A DNA stretch of 64,000 nucleotides, taken from NCBI GenBank assembly GCA_951406725.2, contig OX597814.1, positions 126,108,001-126,172,000 of the forward strand. Direction: 5' to 3'. This document shows positions 12,319-25,179 of this stretch, one piece after another (position 1 is the first letter of the stretch; every line of letters begins with the position of its first letter). The notes under the pieces were generated by a model. The model did no database searches, was not told where the DNA came from, and saw nothing but the letters and a program-made list of their open reading frames with translations. This DNA is from Octopus vulgaris. Taxonomy: Eukaryota. Made by a program: the position numbers and the translations under genes.

Positions 12319-12845
12319 AAGCACATCATAGTTGTTGAATAAAGTCATTTTTCTTTTTTTAATATGTATATGACAGAAAATTGTCAATGGATTTCCAATA
12401 GACAATGGTGGATGGTTCCATCCCCTACACCAGATTTCTCCATCACCAAGCCACCATCACTACCACTACCATCCCAATAACTACCGCCACTTCACCACCA
12501 TTATGAATTAGTGAATAAAGCACAAATACACTGAATATCTAAGAATGTAAAGAATGCTCAGAATAGGAAGAAAATTTGTTTATTTTCAAATTATTTGTCA
12601 GTTATAAAATGTAGAAGTCTGGTAATCCATGAAAATCTATTGCTAAGCTCTGTCATGTGCTCGCAATAATAATCAAAATAAACCTCACAAGGTTAAGATC
12701 TATTTGACAGTATAATTTTACTGAATATATATCCTTCATCTGCTACTGGCAGCCCCGATGAATCATAGCATTACTGAAAAGATGGGAAACGGTTGTCAGT
12801 TGCTGGGGTGTGGTCATGTAGAAAGAGGACTTCTTTCATATATGC

Positions 12846-12889
<44 letters not shown>

Positions 12890-13356
12890 ATGTATGTATG
12901 TATTTTTTGCCTTTTATATGTACAAGTAATTTAGAGAGGGGTTGTCAGATTGATGCAGAGGAGGAGCAAATATTTTGCATTTTCACTATTCAGTGATTCC
13001 TGCTTCAAGAGCCTTCTCCATTTGTTGAATTATTTCTTGATTGGAGATGAGCAAGAATATTTGTTAAAAAATAAAGGAAGTTATTTGCTGAAATGTCAGA
13101 TGTATATGAGGAAATTCGTTAACCACTTGAAACATTTGGATGAAGAAACAACTAATGAAGCATCAGTGAGAGAAATTAATTAATGGAAAATTGTCTGACA
13201 TATTCTGCAGAACGAACTGACGATTACATTTTCCAAGCCCCAACTTTGCCCCATTGGCTGACATTTATAGATGAACTTAGGGAATGTCCTTTGATCTTGG
13301 TTTCAAGTCCCTGTGACTATATCTTCTCTGAGAGTTTTTGATCCCATTGTTTACAG

Positions 13357-13399
13357 GGTCCATATTTTGATGAGGATTTTATGTTTTCAAATATATCAG
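13357..13399 (+). CDS. Weak candidate 43-nt internal exon (GPYFDEDFMFSNIS)
   Basis: TTGTTTACAG acceptor, CAG|GTGAGT donor and one open frame. No homology recognised. Confidence 0.18.
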
Positions 13400-13617
13400 G
13401 TGAGTAACTGAGATGTATATTTATAAAATAAGAGTACAACTGGTCATCAATGATTAGTGATGGGTTCAATGTCAGTTCAGTTTTCTAGGATAAATTCTTC
13501 AGTCATGTTTTTAGTCCATGTTATGGTTATATGGTATACTACTAATAAAACTGATTAAGAAAATATTCCTCATCATAATTTCACTTTCTGATTCATGAGA
13601 TATTATTTTATATGATA

Positions 13618-13989
13618 CTAACAGTATCACCCAGTGTTGCTCGGGTTTGTTTCGACCCTTTAGCATTGGAATTTTTCAAAAATAATGTTATTCTCTTTAA
13701 GTGAACATTTTTTTGGTTGAAATACACCGAAAAATGGTGACACAGCAGTCAAAAAATTGTAAAAAATAGGGATTTTTATAGAAAAAAGTACCTTTTTTAT
13801 GTAAGTAACTTTTGGTGTTAACATGGTCCGATTTGAATTTTTCTTCTTTGGAAGAAAGAGCAGGCCTTCTTCTATCATACTCTCAATTTTGGGCAACTCG
13901 CGCCGCAGGGTCTCGGAGGAGATAGTGTTAGTTGAAGGCTACCAAAACTGCCATACACAGACAACTTCAGCTTTATATATAGAGAGAGA
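13618..13989 (-). mobile_element. Non-autonomous Helitron
   Basis: Minus strand reads A|TCTCTCTCTATATATAAAG...CCCGAGCAACACTGGG (imperfect subterminal hairpin)...GTTAG|T. It has a 5' TC, a CTAG-like 3' end, sits between A and T, and has no TSD. Confidence 0.8.
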
Positions 13990-15629
13990 TGTAAATTTCT
14001 TGATGATGCAACAGTAACAGAATGGCATTGTGAAGGATGTACATTCCATTTTTACCCATGTAATTCAGCATTCTATGACTTCTGCTCTGAAACGTTACCA
14101 GAGCCAAATTTATATAGATACTTCATCATACCATTCTGATCCTAGTATAATAAAATTAGTACCAGTGATATGCTGAGGGTTAATGAATTATTCACAAACA
14201 TCTTCAAAACTAGCCTAGTGGTACCACCAACTCCACTCAAGCTTACCTACCTCACTCATCTCTCAACACCTATATTGTGTGTTCATCCCTACCATACACC
14301 TCATTAATCACCATATTCAGTCCTTCCTCCCTAGAAGGACTGAATATTGTTGTTGTAGTCCCCATCTTCACTGCTACCAGCATCAACACTGCTGCTATAT
14401 CACCCCACCATCCCTATGTTCTTCCTTTCATTTGTCATCTTGCACTTGTTGAAGAGAAACATTAACCATATTGATCCTACCAGTCTTTGAAGGCTAACCA
14501 ATGAAAGTAACCAAGAAATTGACAATACTTTAATTGTTCTAGTTGTTTAACCCCAGGTCAGCCCTGAGAAAGCAGACCTATGGTCAAAGGTATTCCAGTC
14601 TTAACTATCCTATTTTTTTAGGCAAATTGCACTTGTGGCCATGTTATTAACTGTGTTGTTTTTATTTTAACTAAGATATGTGATTTGGAGTATTTTTAAC
14701 TACTATGGTTAGTGGGTCAAGTGACTCCCTAGAGGACCCCACTCTTTGGCTCATTTCAGTAATTTTTTCATGTGCATTATCATTAACATCATCATAACTA
14801 TCATCACCAACATCATCATCATTACTGATGTCCTCATTACTAACATCACTTCCATCATCACCACCTACAACTTCTTGCAACTTTCTCCCAACCCTGTTTC
14901 CCCTACGGACATCATTGTGTAGAAATTTCAAACTAAAGCATTAGTAATATTATAGACTGCCAAAGAACTATTGGCACTGACTTTCTACTACCTCACCCTC
15001 AAACAAAAGTGGAAAGTAAAAAAAAAAAAAATTTTTTTAAATTATCATAAAAACGTCACAAAACTGATTTTATCACACTTGAGAGAGATAAAAAGATATT
15101 CATTAATTGATTGATAAGTTTACTGTTTATAATGACATTTTATGATATATTATTTTATCTGACTGTCCATAGTAATCTTATTCTAAATTTCTTTTATTAG
15201 CAACTCCTGCTGTTATATAGAGTCTAGCAGAAATAGTGTAGAAAATTTACTTAGAACACAGCTGACAAAAGTTTTCCTGTTTTTATCAATTATAAACTGC
15301 TTTATTGTTCAGGAATTGTATGTTGTTAGTATAAGAATGGTTATTATTGTCTTGTCTCTCACTTCATAACTACATGTCTTCAATATTCTTTTAAACCACT
15401 TAGCAAAGATAAATTCACGTAAAGTTGAGTGCTGTTAATAAATATATATTCAATAAACACTTATCTACCACAAGGTGTAGAAATATTTTTCCAGATTTAA
15501 TATTCTTGAAATTTTTTCATCTTAACATATTGATGGAAACATTTTTCACTCTTTAACTTATTATTTCTTTACATTTTTACAAAATATGATTTAGTCTGTT
15601 CTTCTTTATATACTGTACATGCCACTTAC

Positions 15630-16910
15630 TATATCAGGTGTGCTGTATTTACATATATACCAGAGTGGAAGGTTGATAGCATCATCTCCTTATTCAAGAT
15701 GATGATAGAAAAGAATGTGGGAAGTGACAAGGGATTTCTCTGCTTGCTATTGTTGGAAAGGTCCTTGCAAAAATGTTTCTTGATAGGCTGAGTGAGAAAA
15801 TCCCAGTTGTTCTGCATGAAAGCGAATGTTAGTTCAGAAGGGAAAGTTTCCACCAAGAGAAATGTTGAACAGAACAAGGCACAGTATCTGGTCTCCATTG
15901 ACTTCACAAAGGCATTCAACATAGTAAATCAGTAAAGTCAGTGGCTGATATTCAGAAGGTTTTGATGTTCAAGAATGTTCACTGCATGACTGAGTTCCTA
16001 AACATTGACATGTTTGAAGGGCTCATGTTACACATTTGAACTTAGCTGTGCACATCTAAATGTTACAATGTGAGTTACAAAGACATTTAACTATAGACAA
16101 GACCTGGTGCTAATCTATTTAAGGTGTCACACCCCAAAACTAAGATTAAAACTACACATATCTGAGAGAAATGTTGTTTACTGATGATTATGTTCTTGTT
16201 TCTAATAGTACAGTAAACATGCAAAGCCTGGTACATGATTTTGGCAGTCCAGTAACAAGGTTCAGCATGAGTATTAGCAACCAGAAGATAAAAGTTCTCT
16301 ATCTGTTATGCCTTGACTAAAATCAGGTGACATAACCTGAGCCCATCATCAATGGTTAGTAACTAGCAAAGGCAAGTTATTTTACCTACCTGAGCAACAT
16401 AAAAGTGTAATGATGTTAGGATTAGTAAAGAACTAGACCACAAAATAAACAGTGCTAACTCAGCATTTAGAAGGTTGAGACAGTAACTGTAATGCAAGAA
16501 GCATGCTACCACCCAAGTGAATATTGTTCACATCATAGACAGAGAAATTATACTGCAACAGATAAAAAGAAAATTGCATGCATTTATGATGACACCTGAG
16601 ACATCACCTGGAAACACAGGGTTGGGTACATTATTATCTGAGAAAAATTTCATTTTCTTAGCATGAAAGTAATATTGATGAAGTACAATCTTCATTGGCT
16701 TGGGTATGTCCTAAGAATAGACAAATCTTAGTTACCAAAACTAATGCTGCATTCAAAACTGGCTAACAGTATAAGAAATCATGGTTGACTCTGACTGAAA
16801 TACAATGATGTTGTTAAAACACAACTTAAAGTGACTAAACATCAACATCCACAGTTGGAGCACATTAAACCAGACCAAAACTTATGGAGGAGAATGATCC
16901 ATGTTTTGAT
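15630..16910 (+). pseudogene. Decayed RTE-clade LINE reverse transcriptase fragment
   Basis: Fragments QGISLLAIVGKVLAK, EQNKAQYLVSIDFTKAFNIVN, LFTDD (YADD position), LHWLGYVLRI and a terminal LWRR. Many stops and frameshifts. Confidence 0.85.
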
Positions 16911-17959
16911 ACTTGACATGAGACTGATGCATATGGACAGTCATCATTAATATTAGCAGACAGTTATGATTTTTACAAAACAATTTTGTTTTAATGGTTT
17001 AGTCATTGTTCTTCATTCAGATGCTGTATATGTCATTTGCTCGAGTTAGAACTGAATTCACAAACGTTTTATTTCATAGTTTTAATCACTAAACCATGAA
17101 TGAATGGTTACAAACATTTGTCAATATCTAATTAATATTAGTTGCAGCTTATACAAATAACTCATCCTTATATCTTAAGTTTTCTCCATCAGATTGCTTT
17201 CCCCAGGTTAAAAAAAAAAAAACATTAAAAAAAGAGTTCCTTGATTATATTTTCATGACACTTTATACTTTCTATAAAACCTAGGAATAATGTTAATTTA
17301 GTTAGATTTTCCTCATGTAATATTTAAAACTCTATTCTAATTAAGAGAGTCATAAATATCACATCATGATGAATACAAAATTAATTTAGAAAAAATGAAA
17401 AGAAGTTATTTTTATTTGCCTAAACTAAAGAGGAATATTTCCAAAAATGTTATAAAATATCTCGCACTTTTATTCTGTTTATTTTAGTTCTAGGTTGCCT
17501 CAAGGGAGAACCACTTTGATTTTTTAAGTTGTATTATCTTAATTTGAATTCACTGTAGCATTCACAGCTAGTGAGGAATGCTATCATTGAAATGGCACTG
17601 GAAAAGGCAAAGAAGCATAATGAAAAATATATCAAAATGACAACAGTTTCGAACAGATTTGCACTGTCTATAAAATTACCATCCACATAAAAAGATATTT
17701 TATTAACACTAAATTAAACTCAAAATTTCTCTCAAATTTGCGAGTTTGTGTTTTTTTCTCTGAATCATCTTTCCTTATATTTTTTCTTCAGAATGCAGTT
17801 ACAGTTTAACAATACTTAAACATCAATGTCCTTGTTATACCTAACACAAACCAGTGAATAGTCAGCTATGTAATGCAAATGTTGGGACAGTTGCATTACT
17901 TAGCTGACTATTCTCTACCTTCATGGTCACTTAATTATTAGCCAAACTAAGGGTTCCTT

Positions 17960-18931
17960 TAAGGAATCAGCCAACCTACTTGAAATTGCAGTCAAATCTC
18001 CCTCGAAGTATATTTATTCTATGACACACTTTATAATGTAGTCCTTGATACACATAGTCTGAATAAGAGATGGAATGGCTATGGCTGGAATGCCTGTGAC
18101 CATAGTTCTAGTTGATTTAATTCAAGGTTGCTCCAGAGTAAACAACAACAGTAAATCATAGTGCAAACTAACAAGGGAACCTTTACGTGGTCATTCAAAC
18201 TGCTAAATATAACAGTCAAATATCCTTCAAATCACACTCTACCTCTCCAGAAAAGGTAAAGGGACAACTCGATCAAGATACACTATGTGAATAAAAACAG
18301 GATTGTCATGAGTGGAACATCTTTGGTCATTGTAGACTGGATCTAATCAAGACTTAATCAATAACAATAGTAATATCTACATTGTTATTTGACCAAGTCT
18401 TTGAACAATCTCCTGACAGTTTTATAAAATGAAGAGCAATTCCTAGGACAGTTAAGCTCCACAATGAAGATAAGATTAGCAAAGACTAGAACTCTCTGTA
18501 ATACAACTGAAGTCAACAAAGGAGACTATATGTCTCCTATTTACTTGAAATACCAGCCAAATTACTTTCAAATAATCCTCTATCTTCATAAAAAAAGACA
18601 CACAGAATACACTGATACACTGCATTTGGAAAAAAAGATGGTATTATAGCCAGAATTTCCTTGGTCATAGATTTAGAAGACCAAGATTGACTTGGAGCTA
18701 AACAACTTCTATCTGTAATTCAACTCAAGGCAACAAGAGAGCCTTTACATAGTTATCCAGTTTGTTAGAAATGGCTAAATCTCCCTCAAATCATACCTTA
18801 CAGTTTTTAAAAAAGAAGGAAACATTGAAGAATGTAGTCTTAAAAACACCATATTAAAAAAACAGAATGGTCATGGCTGGAATGCCTTCAACCATAGATC
18901 TACCAGGTTAGGGCTGACTTGAAGATAAACA
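17960..18931 (+). mobile_element. Four co-oriented family D copies
   Basis: Copies at about 17960-18150, 18174-18368, 18520-18706 and 18738-18931, each with the AAATCTCCCTCAAAT-like and ATGGCTGGAATGCC-like blocks. Confidence 0.75.
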
Positions 18932-19424
18932 TCTCATCTAATGTGGAACTGGCAGCAGGCACTCAACAGCAAAATAAAATATTTTGCACTGAGTGATTGA
19001 AACTTACTTCATTGATTCCAACACATTGCTGGTAGTTCTTTTATTAATTCCAGAGAGATAAAGAGTAAAGTTAGTCGTGGTGTAATTAAAATTCAGACAA
19101 TGAAATATAAATAATGCTCCAAGGCAGCACACTCCCATTCCCCCAACCCCATTCTGTCAAATACATGAAATTGTCTATTCTAAATGAAGTTATCTATTCT
19201 ATTCTATATTAAATTATTTTATAACTCATAGTTGTGTACCAAGGACAGTTTGCTCAGGGCCAAAAAATATTTTCACTTTGACCAATTATTGACCTGCATA
19301 GTTCATGTGCAACATATTAAAAACTAGTTATATATCTGGAACAGTACTGCAACACACATACACACACACAAGCATTCTAAACAACTCTCAAAGAAGACCA
19401 TTCATGTGACTTACCTATCAGCAT

Positions 19425-19650
19425 TTTATAACCACTAGTTCTTAGGCATGCTGTTTCTTCTCTTGATCTCCTGTATTGCTAGGTCCTTTGCTCAACACAT
19501 TATTCATATTGAACATCATCCTACCAAACCTCACTTTAAACACTGTCCAGTCCTTTCTTCTCGTGGCTACACCTATCTGGAATTCCGTCTTTGTTCTATC
19601 ACCAAAAGACAACTTTAGAAGTTCAATCTGAACATCAATAGGATCAACCT
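19425..19650 (+). mobile_element. Decayed CR1/Jockey-group LINE 3' end
   Basis: Remnants RHAVSSL, QSFF and IWNS resemble LINE C-terminal motifs. Confidence 0.4.
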
Positions 19651-20367
19651 TACCAAAGTGGAATTTCTTGGGAAGACCACAAGTATCGGCATTTCTCTTC
19701 TAATTTTACTCTACATAGGTTATGACAGTTTTAGGAACAATTACAGCATATTTTATTGGGCCACCTGATTTCTTTGGTTGTAAATTTTAAAAAAACTTAT
19801 TTATGCCTTTGTTAAATTAGTCAGATTAGTAGCCATGACTGAGAGCCTCCAGAATAGTTAGAAAATAGGAGAAAGTTATTTTCAAACTGGGGAGTGTTAG
19901 AGCAGTTATAAGTCTGTTGGTTTTGTTAAATTAAATCAACCAACTAAATTTCATTCACAAGGTTATGCCCAAAGCGCTATGCAGTACGACTGAACTCCAA
20001 ATCACATAGTTGTAACCAAAATTTCTAAATCATACAGTTTTTTCTGCTTCCATAGATTGACAATGTCTTTATGACTCCAGTCACTATACTTATGGACACA
20101 TGCAGGTTTTATGATAGCAAGTCATTACCATAATCGAAATGTGGTCAGGAGTTCAACCCATGCTACAGTCTTTGAATTGTATGTTTCCCATGACAGATAC
20201 CACATTCTATAACAGTATGCAAATGTCTTTCTTATGTTTCCACCAATGATAACAGGGAAACTTCTTCAGCTGACTAAACTTGAGTTGAAGCTGAACAATA
20301 CCATAGAGAAGTAGATGTAAATTAATTTAAATATTTATTTCTTATAATATTCACACACACCATGTGT

Positions 20368-20410
<43 letters not shown>

Positions 20411-21857
20411 CATACATACATAAATTACTTTAGATATATAGATTCACACAGATACATATGAATGTAAGTAATTATGTCTGCTTGTATAAAAGTTGTGTAT
20501 CATACTTCACAAATGTTTTCCAAACAACAAATTAAAACTGTTCTTAAAATGGAATAAAATGTTTGTTTGGTTCACTTCCATTATCTATTGTATATTTGTG
20601 GGTTACTTTATTCACAGTGTCTTTGGATTCCTAATACAGCAATGTAAATAAGCAGCAAGCTTGTAGATAGGCATCTAACATTGAATGTTTAATGCCTCTA
20701 TCTTAGATGTCTTTTCATAGATAAGCTGGCATTTATCTAATTCTTCCACTATGTGTGACCAATTTCAGTAGCAGGTGAATTAGTAATTTTGGCCCACCTG
20801 TTTCTGTTGTATGGTTGCCAAAATCAGAAACTTCATTGTATTCAACATTTTTGCTGCTACACTCAGGTTATCTGCATTTTTAGAGTCAGGTTGTAATTTT
20901 CATATAACCTATGTAATGAAGCAACAACATTGTCACTTTGAATGGCATGCCCTGGATTTGTGTAAGCTCAGACCAGCCCTGTTCTCAAACTTAGTACTAA
21001 TTCAGCACCAGTTGAGCTTTCAATTCAGCATTTAACATCATTTATCTGAAGTGTTGGTAGCAAGTTAATTCTATAAAACAGATCACCTATCTCTAAAGAG
21101 AGACCAATTATATGTTGCTCAACCAAATGTGCCTGTAATTCTCAGTTCTTTACCAGTTTTAGAATGCAATCATGACTCCAGACATTGTTTTCTGTTGTTA
21201 CAGAAAATTATTTATGTTATGACCACATCATTTTTGAAAGAACTTTGTAAAGAGGTTTACTCAAAATGTTTATCAAAAGTTTATAATCTGTCACAGCTAG
21301 TTGTGAAAGTGTTCAGCAGCAGAAACTATCATTCTTACTTCCTTTTCAATTTGAGTCCTTTTCCATTCAACGATATTGATGCATATGCAACTGGTGATCT
21401 ACTTGCCATAAAACAATGTCAAATGTGGTTTTGCTGGCATCTATTGATATTAATACACTCTTTGTTATGTCAAAGTACTCCAGTACTGCTGAGATACTAA
21501 CTGCCAGTCTGATACTGTTAAATACATTGGTCTGTAAGCTTTCTCAGAGGCTCTCCCACCTTTGACAGACGAAGAATAAACTTGGTCAATTATGTTAGCA
21601 TGACTGCAATCAGTTGGTAGTTGTAAAGTAGAGAGAGCAAAAATTTTATGTGGATCCGTTTTTATTCCTCTGTTTAGTAGATGTTCAAAATATTTTGCCT
21701 GGTCAGTTATATAACTGAGTTTTCTTTGAATTCAGTTTTAGACTTCTGTTTCTACATCATTTAAAAACAGCTTGTAGGTATTCACATTGATCATTCTACA
21801 TGATCACCACTTCACTTTTTACATATCTGCCACCTTTGTTTTTAATTATTTACTACC

Positions 21858-21860
<3 letters not shown>

Positions 21861-21936
<76 letters not shown>
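21861..21936. repeat. (TC)n microsatellite
   Basis: Read directly from the sequence. Confidence 0.97.
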
Positions 21937-21939
<3 letters not shown>

Positions 21940-22101
21940 ATGCGTGTGCACATATATACAGAGCATCACCAAATTGTTTTGAAGTTCATTTTGCATAAAT
22001 GAAATTTTTACCGGGTTCAATTCCACTAAAAGTTATTTTGGCTAATTTTATCCTTTGCCACAGCTGCAGGTCACTCAATGCATATGAAATATATGTATAT
22101 T

Positions 22102-22104
<3 letters not shown>

Positions 22105-22199
<95 letters not shown>

Positions 22200-22258
22200 T
22201 ACACACACACACACACATACACACACTCACACACATACACACACTCACACACATACAT
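22105..22258. repeat. Compound (TA)n/(CA)n microsatellite
   Basis: Read directly from the sequence. Confidence 0.97.
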
Positions 22259-22938
22259 GTATGCACACTCCTATATATGAATGGCCATTAGAGGAATGAT
22301 AAATCTTGTATAGTTTCTGAATGTTCACATCTCAACTGCAAAATCAATTGGGAAAAATATTGAGCCGAACTAAACATTAAGAGAGACTAGAATATACCAT
22401 TTATACTACAGCAAAGAGGAAGAGTGTAGAAAGGTAGGAAGGGGAGATAAATTGGGATATCTTGATCCACATAAAAGAGATAAAGAGAGATAAAACAATG
22501 TATTATCATCTATAGAGTAGAATATGGTATTTGAGGATTGGAGAAAATATTCAGTGTGTTGCTTCCATAGATTTCCACCTTATTGATATCTCATTTATTG
22601 GCTGTATGTCTATTTGTGTGTGTTGTGTGTGTAGTGGTACTTACATGTGTCTGGTGGTATATGTAATAGTGTGAATAGTGTGCTGAAAGGTGTATGATAA
22701 TGATGTGTTTGATTGTGTGGGAGGACGGACTATGTCAGATAGTTTGTGTGTGTGTGTGTGTGTTAGTCATCATGTAATATGTAAGCATGTGCTTGTCTAT
22801 GTATGTGTATTATGATAGTGTCATGGTATGTATATGCATGATAAGTAATTTTGTGTGTGTGATATATGTCTGTGCATGTGTATGTGTGTGTGTGTGTATA
22901 TTCATACTTTCTTATCCATTTCTGTGTGTGTGTATGTA

Positions 22939-22984
<46 letters not shown>

Positions 22985-23630
22985 TGCGTGTATTTTCCAG
23001 TATGGAAAATGGATGTTAAATCATGGCGTTAAAAATAAATATTTATTCATACTTTCTTATTCATTCTTTTATGAAGCCATCATCATCATCTTCATTATCT
23101 TCATCATCATCATTATTACCATCCCATCATCCCTATTGGATGGGTCTCTAGACATTATCAGACCATTGTCCACATTGAAAGTCTTCTGAATGTTTGATGA
23201 TGTAAGGGTCATAGGTTATTTAGTATATCAATTGTAAGTCAGCCTACCATCACTTATCACTGAGATATTGTATTTTAATTCCTTATTCTCATCACATTCC
23301 TCCATCCATATGGCAGGTGTCTTTCAAAGGAGCCTCTATATAATCAATCAACCTACTAGAAATAGCACTTAAATCCCTATCAAATCATTTCCTATTGTCT
23401 TAGAAAATGGAAAGGATTTGCTGGGTAAACTAGTCCTACATGCACCTATGAAGACTTGGTTGGTCAAGTCTAGAATGAATGATCACAACAACACCATCTG
23501 ACATCACATGTTATTTTGGTCATTTTCTTTGCTTTGTGTTTTTTAATACATTTCTAAAACAATATTGCTCTCTCCCCATACTACCTATAACCAATTTATG
23601 TATATGCACACACACATTCTATCACATATA

Positions 23631-24761
23631 TAGTGTGCATCAGTTTTATTTAGGACAACTCTTTCAAGAGCTCTTTCTTCCAACTCATTTTCTTTTTTCA
23701 CCTTACTTTTCAGATAAATAATGTCAAACATCTGGTTCATTCAGCAAATGACAAGGTACACTGTAATCATTGCCTTAAAAGTGCAGCATAGTGATTCAGA
23801 GATAGCTTGCTTTCTGAAAGTTATCTGACCTTTTGTTGTCAAAGTTCAAAAGGAGCTGGAAGCTGCTGATGGGGATCCAACATCAGCAGCTTAACACAAA
23901 ATGCAAAACACATCCACAGGATCCTAATGCCATTAGAACACATAACTTTGTACAAGAAAAAAAATTCAAGAAATAATTTATAAAAACTCCAAAATGTCCA
24001 TTAGAGCTATTTTAAGGGACCTCAAGGTTTCAGAACGCACCATTAGAAGGGTTGTGCATAAAGACATCCAGTACAAGCTGTATGTGAAGCACAAGGACCA
24101 GTTTATGTTGGATGTGGTAAGAAAGAGTTGGTGAGACATGCAAAACACTTGCTAAACAAGTTGAAATATCAAGGGGCTGCAATATTTCAGTTTTTATCCA
24201 AGAGATAAAACTTCAGTTAGGACCAAAAGGTAAACCAGAAGAACTGTTTTTCACAGGGCTTAAAAAACTATGCTATTCTGCACAGAGGTGTTGAAGAGAG
24301 TTGTGAGGCCCTGAATAGACAGAGTTTGCAATAGAAGACAGTATGTCTTCCAATAAGACTTTGTGCCTTTTCATAAAGCTAAGACAACTCAAGCATGGAC
24401 GTGTGCCTATCTCTTCCCAGAAACATGGCATCCAATTTCACCAGACCTCAATCCACTGAACCATTACATATGGGGTGTAGTCAGAAGAGGTCAATCAACA
24501 CGCCCATTACACTATACAATCTCTCAAGTCTGCCTTAACCAGCACTATGTCCAAAATGGCTAAGATCATCTGATTCAGGCATGTTGATGTTTTAGAACCT
24601 GAACTGAAGCAACCATTGATGTTAATGGTGGATTCATTGAAAAGGTGTGATAAAAGGCTTTTCAAGATTATTTGCACCAGTTTGTTTTCAAATTTCTTTA
24701 AAAAGTTGTGTTTTTTTTTCTAAATTCATAGAACTGACCTCAAAAACACTGACATACCCTG
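23631..24761 (+). mobile_element. Decayed maT/DD37D-like Tc1/mariner transposon
   Basis: Degenerate TIRs (TAGTGTGCATCAGTTTTATTTAGGACA vs revcomp CAGGGTATGTCAGTGTTTTTGAGGTCA) with TA flanks. Transposase remnants SIRAILRDLKVSERTIRRVV, YVFQ*DFVPFHKAKTTQAW and WHPISPDLNPLNHYIWG. Central deletion. Confidence 0.85.
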
Positions 24762-24979
24762 TATAACTATGAGCATGCATGTATACATGTGTGAAATTTT
24801 CAGACATACTCTGCATAGCACAATGTAACAACTCTTCACCTTTAAATTGTACATGCAATTCATTAGACTGGACACAACATGGGCAAATGGTCCAGAATTC
24901 ATTTGCAGTCACATGGTCTCTGCTTTTAACCCATTATATGGTGTCTTGGGTGAACATGATCCTTGCAAGTGAAATTGGG

Positions 24980-25179
24980 TTATGTTGGATGTGGTAAGAA
25001 AGAGTTGGTGAGACATGCAAAACACTTGCTAAACAAGTTGAAATATCAAGGGGCTGCAATATTTCAGTTTTTATCCAAGATTTAAAACTTCAGTTAGGAC
25101 CAAAAGGTAAACCAGAAGAACTGTTTTTCACAGGGCTTAAAAAACTATGCTATTCTGCACAGAGGTGTTGAAGAGAGTT
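24980..25179 (+). repeat. 200-bp direct copy of 24103-24302
   Basis: Identical except two adjacent substitutions (GATA vs TTTA). Confidence 0.95.

Noticed and set aside
21060-21420. Possible hAT transposase remnant (LSKVYNLSQLVVK, AETIIL)
   Set aside because: Similarity is too weak and no termini were found.
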